A stretch of 64,000 nucleotides of DNA from a virus (Duplodnaviria > Heunggongvirae > Uroviricota > Caudoviricetes). The notes below the pieces were generated by a model. It was not told the origin of the DNA. It did no database searches and was given only the letters and a program-made list of their open reading frames with translations. The stretch's first letter is position 1, and every line of letters starts with the position of its first letter. The stretch lies in IMG/VR virus record IMGVR_UViG_2731957818_000004, one strand, 5' to 3'. Below are positions 8,615 through 16,266 of this stretch, piece after piece. A program made the translations under genes and the position numbers.

Positions 8615-8926
8615 TCAGGCTGTCGCCAGGAGAGAGGCACGCTGGATTTCTTGCTGGGCTACTTTGTTCGCTTCCAGTAGCGCCTGTTCCAGCTCTCCTT
8701 CCGGCCAGATGATCTGTTTTGCCATCCACCCTCTTCCACTCTGGCGACGCACACTCATTACGTAACGCGTGCGGGAACCATTGTCGAACGAGACCAGCGT
8801 CTCTTTGAACAGGCGAATGGCAGTGCCGTTGGCGATGATATCGAGCAGGGTCAGCTGGCTCATTACGGTTGGTTTTTCTTTACGTGGCTGGCCCGCGCTC
8901 AGTTTGGTGATCATCGCGTTTTTCAT
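8615..8926 (-). CDS. Hypothetical early protein.
   Basis: Class A motif plus GGAG RBS upstream. A terminator lies downstream at 8561-8581. Confidence 0.55.
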   Translation of the reverse strand: MKNAMITKLSAGQPRKEKPTVMSQLTLLDIIANGTAIRLFKETLVSFDNGSRTRYVMSVRRQSGRGWMAKQIIWPEGELEQALLEANKVAQQEIQRASLLATA

Positions 8927-8938
8927 AATTCACTCCGT

Positions 8939-8954
8939 AAACAACTTGTTTTCT
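8939..8954. promoter_or_regulatory. Class A palindrome, leader of 8615..8926, with extended -10 TGGTATTAT.
   Basis: Seen directly. Confidence 0.6.
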
Positions 8955-9065
8955 TGTTGGTGTAAATAATACCAGCGAGAAAACGGCTACAAAGCATAGC
9001 GTTACGGTGCTGCGCTGCCCGGAGGTTGCAAACAGCAAAAAGCCACCGTGCTGGTGGCCTCACGC

Positions 9066-9284
9066 TTAATCTTCGTCGTCCGGGAACTCGATGTGTACCG
9101 CGTCCACCAGCTCCCGCTTTTCATCTTCACTCAGCAGGTGCCAGATCTCCTTCCCTTTGGGTGATTCCCCTTCAGCCGGGACGAACGACCACAACTTGCG
9201 GTACAACTCCGGCCCCACAGCATCCAGGCACTCAGCCAGGGAATCCACGCTCCACACCTCAACCATCACAGGCATCTTAATCAT
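9066..9284 (-). CDS. Small acidic protein. Start moved to MIKMPVM.
   Basis: GAGGGTGAAG RBS before an ATG 10 nt after the upstream stop. The longer track ORF overlaps the neighbouring gene in another frame. Confidence 0.45.
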   Translation of the reverse strand: MIKMPVMVEVWSVDSLAECLDAVGPELYRKLWSFVPAEGESPKGKEIWHLLSEDEKRELVDAVHIEFPDDED

Positions 9285-9294
9285 CTCTTCACCC

Positions 9295-9510
9295 TCACTT
9301 CGTTTCTGACGTTGTGCAGTTCCACGCGACGGACATTGGGTTGTCCTCGATATGGAAATCAAACGTCCCTTCTCTGTATCCTTCAGAGATGAGCGTCGCC
9401 ACGCGACCAGCAACATCCTGAGAGCGGATAACGTCATCGAGGGAGATCTCACACTCGGAGGACGCTTCCTCGCCACAGAGGGTGATGCTGATATTCAGAT
9501 GCTTGTACAT
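9295..9510 (-). CDS. Small acidic early protein.
   Basis: AGGAGG RBS and a class A motif upstream. Confidence 0.55.
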   Translation of the reverse strand: MYKHLNISITLCGEEASSECEISLDDVIRSQDVAGRVATLISEGYREGTFDFHIEDNPMSVAWNCTTSETK

Positions 9511-9527
9511 GTGTTCCTCCTTTGTCT

Positions 9528-9542
9528 AAACACGTTGTTTTC
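9528..9542. promoter_or_regulatory. Class A palindrome, leader of 9295..9510, with extended -10 TGCGATAAT.
   Basis: Seen directly. Confidence 0.6.
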
Positions 9543-9779
9543 TTATTGGTGTTATTATCGCAATAAGACATAGGCGAAAAAGGATTTTATGTCGGGAAAG
9601 CCAGGCTGGGCAGTGAGCATCCGGGAACGACACGAGAGCCAGTATTTACGATATTCTGCTCTACGCGCGCCGCAGGGCTGGTGGGCAGAATTTTCTTCTT
9701 CCCGAAAACCTACTGAAATTGCTTGAGACCCGAGGATGGTCTGGCAGAATGGAGTTCAGCAGCTGCACAAGAGGGAACG

Positions 9780-10010
9780 ACACTCCCCCGCGATTTTCAG
9801 GCGAGCGAAGAGTAAGGCGCACTCCCGAGGATTTCCCGCACCGCTCCCGCAGCCGTCCCTCGCTCTGTACCGGGATGTACCCGTTTCCCGACCGGCAGCC
9901 AGCCTTTTCCCGGTTCGTATAACGGCACTCCCACCGTTTCCCTGAAAACCTCCAGCCTTTTCCCTGCGGCGACGCTCCCGTTCCTAAAAAGGGACATGGC
10001 CTTTTCCCTG
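9780..10010. repeat. Pyrimidine-rich repeat block with CCTTTTCCC / CCGTTTCCC motifs.
   Basis: cagccttttcccgg, cagccttttccctg, tggccttttccctg, cccgtttcccg, caccgtttccctg. Confidence 0.5.
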
Positions 10011-10229
10011 GATGGCCCGAAGGCTGACCGAAGGGGGGTGGTAGGGACGTTACGGGGGATGAGAACTATGGCTTGAATTTCTACGGAGAAAGTAGCGATA
10101 CCCCTCTTCCCCTTCCCACTTATACCTCCAGTTAAATCTCTACGGATTTTCTCTCCTATGAACGTGCAAACCTTCCCCCTGATAACGCTCTATACGGCTA
10201 GTATTCCTTTGGGTGAAATGGGTGGTTTG

Positions 10230-10740
10230 TTCTCTCTACCGGCATATGTGGTTTCGTTCTTCTTGAGGTGGTTCTTCTCTGTGTTTTCGTCTGGGTTGTT
10301 CTCGTCGTTTTGGTGAGTGTTCATCTCCGTGTATGGAGTAATGGCAGGTGCGCTTTTCTCTTCGTTTACGTGAAATGATGGAAGTGTGGGTAATGGCAGT
10401 AGGGCGCTTTAGTTGTTCTCCGCATATGAAGTAAAGGCGTTCCCTGCTATTCAGGAATTTGCGCTCTCTTCCGGGGTAATGGTGGGTAAACGAGATTGTG
10501 ACGGTTCCTGTTCTGGTCTGGGTTTGTCCGGGGTTTCGTTCTGACTGTTCTTCTCCGTATATTGGGTAATGGCGTGTCTGGGTTCGCGTGCGCGAGCTGC
10601 GTTCTCGGTTGCCTGGGAATATTAGGTGGGTGGTCTGTAGCCTGGGGCAATGAGGTGGGTCTTTTCGGTAGCCTGACAGGAAGAGGTGGGTGTTTCCGGG
10701 ATTGTGGGTAATGGCGTCTCTGGGTTTCCTGTGGGTGTGG
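10230..10740. repeat. Direct-repeat array with two unit types: TCTCCGYRTATGRRGTAAWGGC (4 copies) and GGGTAATGGCG (5 copies). The plus strand is G/T-rich and A-poor.
   Basis: Repeat units seen at 10232, 10324, 10408 and 10551; GGTAATGG copies at 10340, 10388, 10473, 10565 and 10703. Confidence 0.6.
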
Positions 10741-10741
10741 T

Positions 10742-10778
10742 TAACTTGTTTTCTTATGCCTGAAAACAACTTGTTTAG
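10742..10778. promoter_or_regulatory. Two adjacent class A palindrome copies with no obvious downstream gene.
   Basis: ttaacttgttttc ... gaaaacaacttgttta. Confidence 0.4.
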
Positions 10779-11152
10779 ACATCCAATATAACGCAACGGG
10801 AGCGCTTCTGAGCGCTTCTGTTTTTGGGTGGTATCACGAGTCGTTTTTGACGTTTTGGTCGCAGGGAGACGTTTTCTGGTGCGTAGGATTTTGGGTATAA
10901 GAGATGGCGTGCGAAAACGTCAACTTTTTAGACCAAATCAGGGGAAAGCGTTGACTTTACGTTGATGTGTTATTTTTTTGTTTTCTTATGGGTGTAATTA
11001 GTTTAAATGCCTTGTCACGCCTAGGCTGGGGTAGGTTGGAAAGGTGGGGAAAGTGGCGATCAACGGACTCTTATAGAAATCTACATTGTTGATGTAGTAA
11101 TTGCTCTGAATATCAATATAGTTGTCATACCCCCTCAACAACTGGAGTTGTT

Positions 11153-11458
11153 ATGAGTACGAGCGTTTGGACGTGGAAAGGGAAGTACTTCGGCTACATC
11201 AGCAATAACAATCTATATACCTATAGAGGAAAGCATGTTGGCAAATTTTCCGGTGATAACGTCTTTGACAGATACGGAAAATATATTGGCGAGATAATGA
11301 GTAATAACAGACTAATCACCAGTCGCCACAAAAGAAATCTCAGAGGTTCGAGTTTTACACCTTCCAACGGAGGCTCACGGGGTAGATATGCAAATTATAG
11401 CGGTTACGCGATGTACGCAGGCTATGAGGACTTCCCCCTGCCAGAAGAGTTCGAATGA
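11153..11458 (+). CDS. Repeat-containing small protein with three GK.xG.I..NN.L motifs of about 16 aa.
   Basis: GGAG RBS. The internal triple repeat is visible in the translation. Confidence 0.45.
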   Translation: MSTSVWTWKGKYFGYISNNNLYTYRGKHVGKFSGDNVFDRYGKYIGEIMSNNRLITSRHKRNLRGSSFTPSNGGSRGRYANYSGYAMYAGYEDFPLPEEFE

Positions 11459-11495
11459 CTAAAGATCGTGCGTCCACAATTTGGACGCACGATAA

Positions 11496-11816
11496 TTACC
11501 AATCCCATGCAGGCAGCCCATCCACCAGCTCGGCGTCGCAATCAAAGTGAACTGCGTCAAAGCCGGCATCCAGTACCTTCTGAATGTTCTCGATGGTTTG
11601 CCATGTGACGCCGTAATCACGTAGCTCTTCTTTCCAGTCGTTGCCACGCATACCTGCGCGGACAATCCATCCGTACTCCGTGCCGTGTACCCAATTCAGT
11701 CCACGATCTGTTAGTGGGTCGAAACAGATATTAGGCAGACACTCAGAGTCATGCTGTGTAACGTGGGCGGTGCTGATCACCGCCGTCTTATACGATTCGG
11801 TGATTTTCAGCATCAT
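11496..11816 (-). CDS. Hypothetical protein.
   Basis: ATGA overlap with the upstream gene. Confidence 0.45.
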   Translation of the reverse strand: MMLKITESYKTAVISTAHVTQHDSECLPNICFDPLTDRGLNWVHGTEYGWIVRAGMRGNDWKEELRDYGVTWQTIENIQKVLDAGFDAVHFDCDAELVDGLPAWDW

Positions 11817-12046
11817 GCCTTCTCCTTTGGAAACAGAATGTCGGCCGTGTCAGAAATGACATCCCAATTCACGCCGACGCTGGCGTCATGGCACTCTTTG
11901 ATTTTTCGCAAAACCTGAACGCACTGTTCGTCAGTCAGGTCTGGTCGCACTTCACCTACATCTTCCTTGTGCCACATCACCATCAGCAGCGGCTCGTCTT
12001 CTGGGTAGTTCTCCAGCTTTTCGATGATATCTTTTGCGGTTCCGAA
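11813..12046 (-). CDS. Small acidic protein. Start moved to MFGTAKD.
   Basis: AAGGAG RBS 7 nt before the ATG at 12046. The track start is a TTG inside the conserved UTR. Confidence 0.5.
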   Translation of the reverse strand, partial: FGTAKDIIEKLENYPEDEPLLMVMWHKEDVGEVRPDLTDEQCVQVLRKIKECHDASVGVNWDVISDTADILFPKEKA

Positions 12047-12061
12047 CATGATTAGCTCCTT

Positions 12062-12122
12062 AAACAACTTGTTTTCTTGTTGGTGTTATTATCTCAAATA
12101 ACAAAAGGCAGAAAACAAGATG
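12062..12122. promoter_or_regulatory. Class A palindrome pair flanking the -10 of gene 11813..12046, one at about -40 and one at about +10.
   Basis: taaacaacttgttttc at 12062 and gaaaacaagatgttta at 12102. Confidence 0.55.
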
Positions 12123-12134
12123 TTTAAGGGATGA

Positions 12135-12401
12135 TTAGGTGAGTTTGAAGTCGTCTATGTCATCAACAAACTCCATATACCTGGCTTCGACACTAGACAG
12201 ACTGATCAGATACGCAAGCCCGTAACTAAGTGAAGTGGGTTGCTCCAGCACAAATTCGAACCCATCATCATGCGTTTTGCCAAGCCAGAATCCCCCACCG
12301 TATTCTTTTTCACGTTGGAAGAAAACGAACTGTCCTGGTATCAGGTGTTTGAGTGCTTCGCCTCTATAGACGATCTCATATTTGGAATTCTTGCTACCCA
12401 T
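12135..12401 (-). CDS. Hypothetical protein.
   Basis: GAGGGTG RBS. Confidence 0.45.
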   Translation of the reverse strand: MGSKNSKYEIVYRGEALKHLIPGQFVFFQREKEYGGGFWLGKTHDDGFEFVLEQPTSLSYGLAYLISLSSVEARYMEFVDDIDDFKLT

Positions 12402-12486
12402 TGTTCACCCTCAACACTGTATGTATAAACAGTAGTTTTTTTTACGGTACTGGTCAACTTTACTGGTTAATTGAATAACAAGGTGG

Positions 12487-12503
12487 TGAAAACAATTTGT
12501 TTC
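12487..12503. promoter_or_regulatory. Class A palindrome in a plus-strand promoter, for gene 12588..12791.
   Basis: gtgaaaacaatttgtttcgg. Confidence 0.5.
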
Positions 12504-12587
12504 GGAACTTGAGATTTTGCAAACCGCACATACATGAAAAGCGGCAATTTTTGAAACCTGATTTGACCCAAGTGAAAGGAGGAAACG

Positions 12588-12791
12588 ATGAAGACCTATG
12601 ATCGCAACCGTAACGCTATCACTACCGGCAGCCGAGTGATGGTGGCAACGAATGGTGCAACGGGAGTCATCAAGGAAATCTGCGGAGAAGGCAAATCAGA
12701 AGAACAATTACGCCGTTCTGACTGCGTGTCTATCGAAGGTGTGGAGGGTCTGTTCTGCCCAATGGATTTAGTTCGCCTGGGGTTCCATTAA
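12588..12791 (+). CDS. Small protein.
   Basis: AAGGAGG RBS. A class A palindrome sits in its promoter at 12487-12503. Confidence 0.5.
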   Translation: MKTYDRNRNAITTGSRVMVATNGATGVIKEICGEGKSEEQLRRSDCVSIEGVEGLFCPMDLVRLGFH

Positions 12792-12804
12792 TTTCACCAC
12801 CTAT

Positions 12805-12840
12805 AAAACAAATTGTTTAAGGCCACAAATAGTGGCCTTA
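12805..12840. terminator. Class A palindrome fused to a GGCCAC...GTGGCC terminator hairpin, between convergent genes.
   Basis: aaaacaaattgtttaaggccacaaatagtggcctta. Confidence 0.6.
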
Positions 12841-12846
12841 TCTGGC

Positions 12847-13551
12847 TTACGGAACAGCGGTAATCAGATCGCAAATGCCTGTTTTAGTTAAATCACTATT
12901 CAGCTTCTGAAAATTGGCATTCAGCATCGCGGTGTGTATTCGAGTCTCAAGCTCAAAGAAAAGGTCGATCTTGCCCTCTTTTGCTGCGTACTTCTTCCAG
13001 ACATTAACTTGGTCATCGGCAATGCGACTGGCGCAGGTGAATAAGAACGAACTCCCTCTGGGAAGGGATGTCGTGCTGTAGTATTCACCGTCAACTTCAA
13101 TATACTTAGCTCGGAATGACTCCAGAGTTAGCTCATCACCGCTCTTAGCCTGCTTTGCGTCTGCCTTGCTTGTCTTTTCCTGAACTTCAGGCTGCTTCTG
13201 CACCGGCTTCGGTGTCTCATTGACCACCGCTGTGCTGGCCGAACCATCCAACCCCTTGAGTCCATTAATTTGGATAAGATAAGCCAGCTCAAGAGCCTTA
13301 TCATCAGTGAGTCTTCCACGCATATTTATCCACTGACGTTGAACCGTCTTTAGGGTGTCTGCATTTTCTGGGTTAGCCTTGAGCGCGCTGGAATAGGTTG
13401 CGCTAAGTTGTTCGTCTAATTTTGACAGGCGTTCGTTGTCACAGATTTTGTGTTCGATTTCTGTCGAAGCCTTTTGGCAGTCAAAGCTGGCTGCAAAAGC
13501 AGCCGGCGATGCTACCAACAATGATGCCAGTAGGATATTTTTCATATTCAC
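12847..13551 (-). CDS. Secreted DUF1311 / LprI-like (lysozyme-inhibitor-fold) protein.
   Basis: Signal peptide. The CD..K..T..E..IC......L...Y...QWINMRG pattern is typical of DUF1311. Confidence 0.5.
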   Translation of the reverse strand: MNMKNILLASLLVASPAAFAASFDCQKASTEIEHKICDNERLSKLDEQLSATYSSALKANPENADTLKTVQRQWINMRGRLTDDKALELAYLIQINGLKGLDGSASTAVVNETPKPVQKQPEVQEKTSKADAKQAKSGDELTLESFRAKYIEVDGEYYSTTSLPRGSSFLFTCASRIADDQVNVWKKYAAKEGKIDLFFELETRIHTAMLNANFQKLNSDLTKTGICDLITAVP

Positions 13552-13583
13552 TCCATAAATATAAAAGCGCCTGACTATAACAC

Positions 13584-14135
13584 TTAACCGACTGCTTCTC
13601 TCGCTTGATCGTCAAGCGCTTTCAGCCCATCACGTACCGCGTTCACGATACGTTCCAGGTATTGGTATCTGGGGTTTGGCACCGTTGGCCAACCGGCATA
13701 CCACGGATCGTCACCAAACAGACTCAGCAGTTCGTTGCCGACACCGAAACAGCAGCAACTTTCTTTTACGTCATCAGCGTTTTCTGCCTCGTCCCACATA
13801 TTGCGGGCCTGTTCTGCGTCGATTTCTTTCTCCCTGCGCAACTTTATGATTTGGGACTTTACGAAAAGCAGGTTTGCGTCGTTGTCATCGTCGACCGTAC
13901 TCAGCAATTGAGGGTCGAGGCAACCAATCAAATAATCGTTGCTCACTCTCTTAATAAACGTCTGCACGTCATCACCGCCCATCGCGAACCAGGCAGCAGT
14001 CCATGCTTTCCCATAGCAGGTGATGGTGACTCTTCCCTTGCCCGGCTCGTAGTTTTCAATCATTACGCGTACCGGGTCGAGACGCTCCAGATCCGTCAGC
14101 ACAAAGGAAAGAACATCTATTTTTTCGACCTTCAT
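13584..14135 (-). CDS. Hypothetical protein translationally coupled to the alarmone hydrolase. Start moved to MKVEK.
   Basis: ATGA overlap with the stop of 14132..14773. Confidence 0.45.
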   Translation of the reverse strand: MKVEKIDVLSFVLTDLERLDPVRVMIENYEPGKGRVTITCYGKAWTAAWFAMGGDDVQTFIKRVSNDYLIGCLDPQLLSTVDDDNDANLLFVKSQIIKLRREKEIDAEQARNMWDEAENADDVKESCCCFGVGNELLSLFGDDPWYAGWPTVPNPRYQYLERIVNAVRDGLKALDDQAREAVG

Positions 14136-14773
14136 GCAGCCTCCCACGCGCCCCAGATCAGCGCTTTGTGTTTTTCATAACGTTTGGTGTGTACCGGTTG
14201 CAGACTGGCAATGCCTTTCGTCACCATCGCCCGGGCGTTTATCAGCAACGAATGCTCTATGCCTTTTTTCTCCAGGTACTCGACAACACCGGCATCGGCA
14301 CCAATCTCCTTGCCGTCAAAGAGTACGGCCAGCATCAGCTCTTTCTCTGCGAGGTAGATGGCTGAGAACTCAGGGTCGCGACTCACGATAGAAGAGGTAT
14401 TGTCCAGCAGGTCAGCCAGCTTGATCATGCGCGTCTGCATGTCGAGGCTTTGCTCCAGCTCCCGGACGTTGATGATGAAGCGCTGTATTCGATTGCCGTC
14501 TTCTGGTCTGGCAATGTTGGTCAGAGCCAGAACCATTTCGGCTACGTGCTCACCGAAGTGCCCACGAACCATCTCTATGGTGACATGGGTGTCTTCGACC
14601 ACATCATGCAGCAGCGCCGCGATCTGCATCTCCACGGTTCCACCATGCCAGGCAACAATCTCGCGGACTGCAACCGGGTGGTTGATGTAGTCTTCACCGG
14701 TATATTTTCTTTTCTGGCCAACGCCGCCATGAGCGCCAGCGGCAAACATATGGGCTTTGGAAATACGGGACAT
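14132..14773 (-). CDS. RelA/SpoT-family HD-domain (p)ppGpp / alarmone hydrolase (small alarmone hydrolase-like).
   Basis: Motifs HxxGQxRKYTGEDYINHPVAV, AALLHDVVEDT, FG..VAEMV, IKLADLLDN match the SpoT/Mesh1 HD domain. Start moved to MSRISK with a GGAG RBS; the track ORF extends through a terminator hairpin. Confidence 0.7.
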   Translation of the reverse strand: MSRISKAHMFAAGAHGGVGQKRKYTGEDYINHPVAVREIVAWHGGTVEMQIAALLHDVVEDTHVTIEMVRGHFGEHVAEMVLALTNIARPEDGNRIQRFIINVRELEQSLDMQTRMIKLADLLDNTSSIVSRDPEFSAIYLAEKELMLAVLFDGKEIGADAGVVEYLEKKGIEHSLLINARAMVTKGIASLQPVHTKRYEKHKALIWGAWEAA

Positions 14774-14826
14774 TCTTAACTCCGTTGTTTTCTGGATGTG
14801 GTTATTTTCACAGATAAGAAAAGGTA

Positions 14827-14861
14827 GAAAACAAATTGTTAAAGGCCACAATAGTGGCCTT
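14827..14861. terminator. Class A palindrome plus the same GGCCAC...GTGGCC hairpin, between 14865..15236 and the alarmone hydrolase gene.
   Basis: gaaaacaaattgttaaaggccacaatagtggcctt. Confidence 0.6.
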
Positions 14862-14864
14862 CAT

Positions 14865-15236
14865 TTACTCAGCGATAAGCGATCCAATCATCGCCTGTAG
14901 CTCTCGTTCTTTTTCTTTGGCTACGCGGAGTAATTCGGCATTTACATGACGTTGCAGCTTATCCATTACACGGAACGACGGACGGCGCATGACGCTCTCG
15001 TCGATGGCTTTGGTATTCAAGCTAATAAGATGCCCGAAGTGGTTGAAGCCAGCCCCGACGAACACTTCATATAGCTGGGCGTCGCGCTCAAACAGAGCTA
15101 TCCCATTTCGCACCTCAAGCAGCGTTCCTTCCTCAATAAGCGTATCCAGCGCCTTATCCCAGACCGGACAAAAGCGATAATTGAAACCTTCCAGTAATGC
15201 TGTAAAAAACAGCGAAACGGCATTACCCAACTTCAT
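14865..15236 (-). CDS. Hypothetical protein.
   Basis: ORF in an operon. The terminator hairpin at 14842-14861 follows it. Confidence 0.45.
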   Translation of the reverse strand: MKLGNAVSLFFTALLEGFNYRFCPVWDKALDTLIEEGTLLEVRNGIALFERDAQLYEVFVGAGFNHFGHLISLNTKAIDESVMRRPSFRVMDKLQRHVNAELLRVAKEKERELQAMIGSLIAE

Positions 15237-15238
15237 AG

Positions 15239-15529
15239 TTACTCTTCCTTACTCCTTGCTCTGTTAGCCTGCACTTCCTTAGCCAGCTCATAGGTAATTT
15301 TGCACGGCACAATCATCGCCCAGCCTTTTTCGTGGCTGTTAATCACCTGCTGAACATGGCCGTCTGTAATGGGCAGATCCGGCAACTGTTTAAAAACTTC
15401 CATCTGCTCATGGATATGCAGAAACCACCTTGCCAGCTCCATCTGCTCACCGCGGGTGAGGGGATTATCCAGCGGGGACTTAACAAAAGCGGAGACGCGC
15501 TCGACAGGCAGATCATTCATGCCGCGCAC
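15239..15529 (-). CDS. Hypothetical protein.
   Basis: Compactly packed ORF. Confidence 0.4.
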   Translation of the reverse strand: MRGMNDLPVERVSAFVKSPLDNPLTRGEQMELARWFLHIHEQMEVFKQLPDLPITDGHVQQVINSHEKGWAMIVPCKITYELAKEVQANRARSKEE

Positions 15530-16206
15530 CTCTCTGCTTTATCCTGCAATTCGCGGACATACTCGACCAAAGAGCCGCCTGGTGGGATCTGGCATTCCTC
15601 AACTAACTGGAAGTAGATGTCTGCGGCCGCGCGTGTGTTCGAGCCTTTGTTTAGCTGCTCTTCGCGCAGCGCATCACGTTCGTTGATCAAACGAACACAC
15701 TCGCCGTTACGCTGATCAACAACGGCCTCAAGTTCAGCGATACGTTCGCCTGGCGTCTTGCCTTCTTTGCGCTGGATGGTGACGGTAAACTCGCCCATTT
15801 CAGGAACGTTGTACCACAGCTCCAGGTAGTTTCTGGCGCCGCTGCGGACGAACTCACCTGCGAACATGGTGGCGAACATCGCAGAGGCCATTTCTCCTTT
15901 GAAAAGCGACTCCAGATCTAACGGAGTGCCGGCAGACAGAGCCTCTTTTGCTGTGTCCATTGCGTCCATGAACCGGTCGAACTCATTGGCGCGTTTCTCA
16001 AGGTCTCTCCACTGCTGGCTCCAACGGCGTGCCAGATGTTCGATAAAAACCTGCGCCGATTCATCAAAGTTACCTTCGAACGTCACAAGCTCCTTGTCGA
16101 TTTTGATGGTTCCGGCAGGCGTTCCTTCGTTCCCCTGTAGCACTAAACTAAATGGCAGCTTCGCCTGATTAACGCTGGCGAATGTAATTCTCGAGTTTTC
16201 GCTCAT
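15517..16206 (-). CDS. Hypothetical protein.
   Basis: A class B palindrome lies just upstream at 16247-16266. Confidence 0.5.
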   Translation of the reverse strand: MSENSRITFASVNQAKLPFSLVLQGNEGTPAGTIKIDKELVTFEGNFDESAQVFIEHLARRWSQQWRDLEKRANEFDRFMDAMDTAKEALSAGTPLDLESLFKGEMASAMFATMFAGEFVRSGARNYLELWYNVPEMGEFTVTIQRKEGKTPGERIAELEAVVDQRNGECVRLINERDALREEQLNKGSNTRAAADIYFQLVEECQIPPGGSLVEYVRELQDKAERCAA

Positions 16207-16246
16207 GTGTTCACCTCTGATAAAGTGGCTCTATTCTTACATAAAT

Positions 16247-16266
16247 TAGGTAAGTATTTACCTATC
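16247..16266. promoter_or_regulatory. Class B palindrome TAGGTAAGTATTTACCTATC.
   Basis: Perfect 7-bp arms. Upstream of 15517..16206. Confidence 0.55.

Noticed and set aside
10236-10796. 186-aa minus-strand ORF inside the repeat region.
   Set aside because: It is Arg/Thr/Pro-rich low-complexity translation of G/T-rich direct repeats, with no RBS. It is taken as an artefact of the repetitive DNA.
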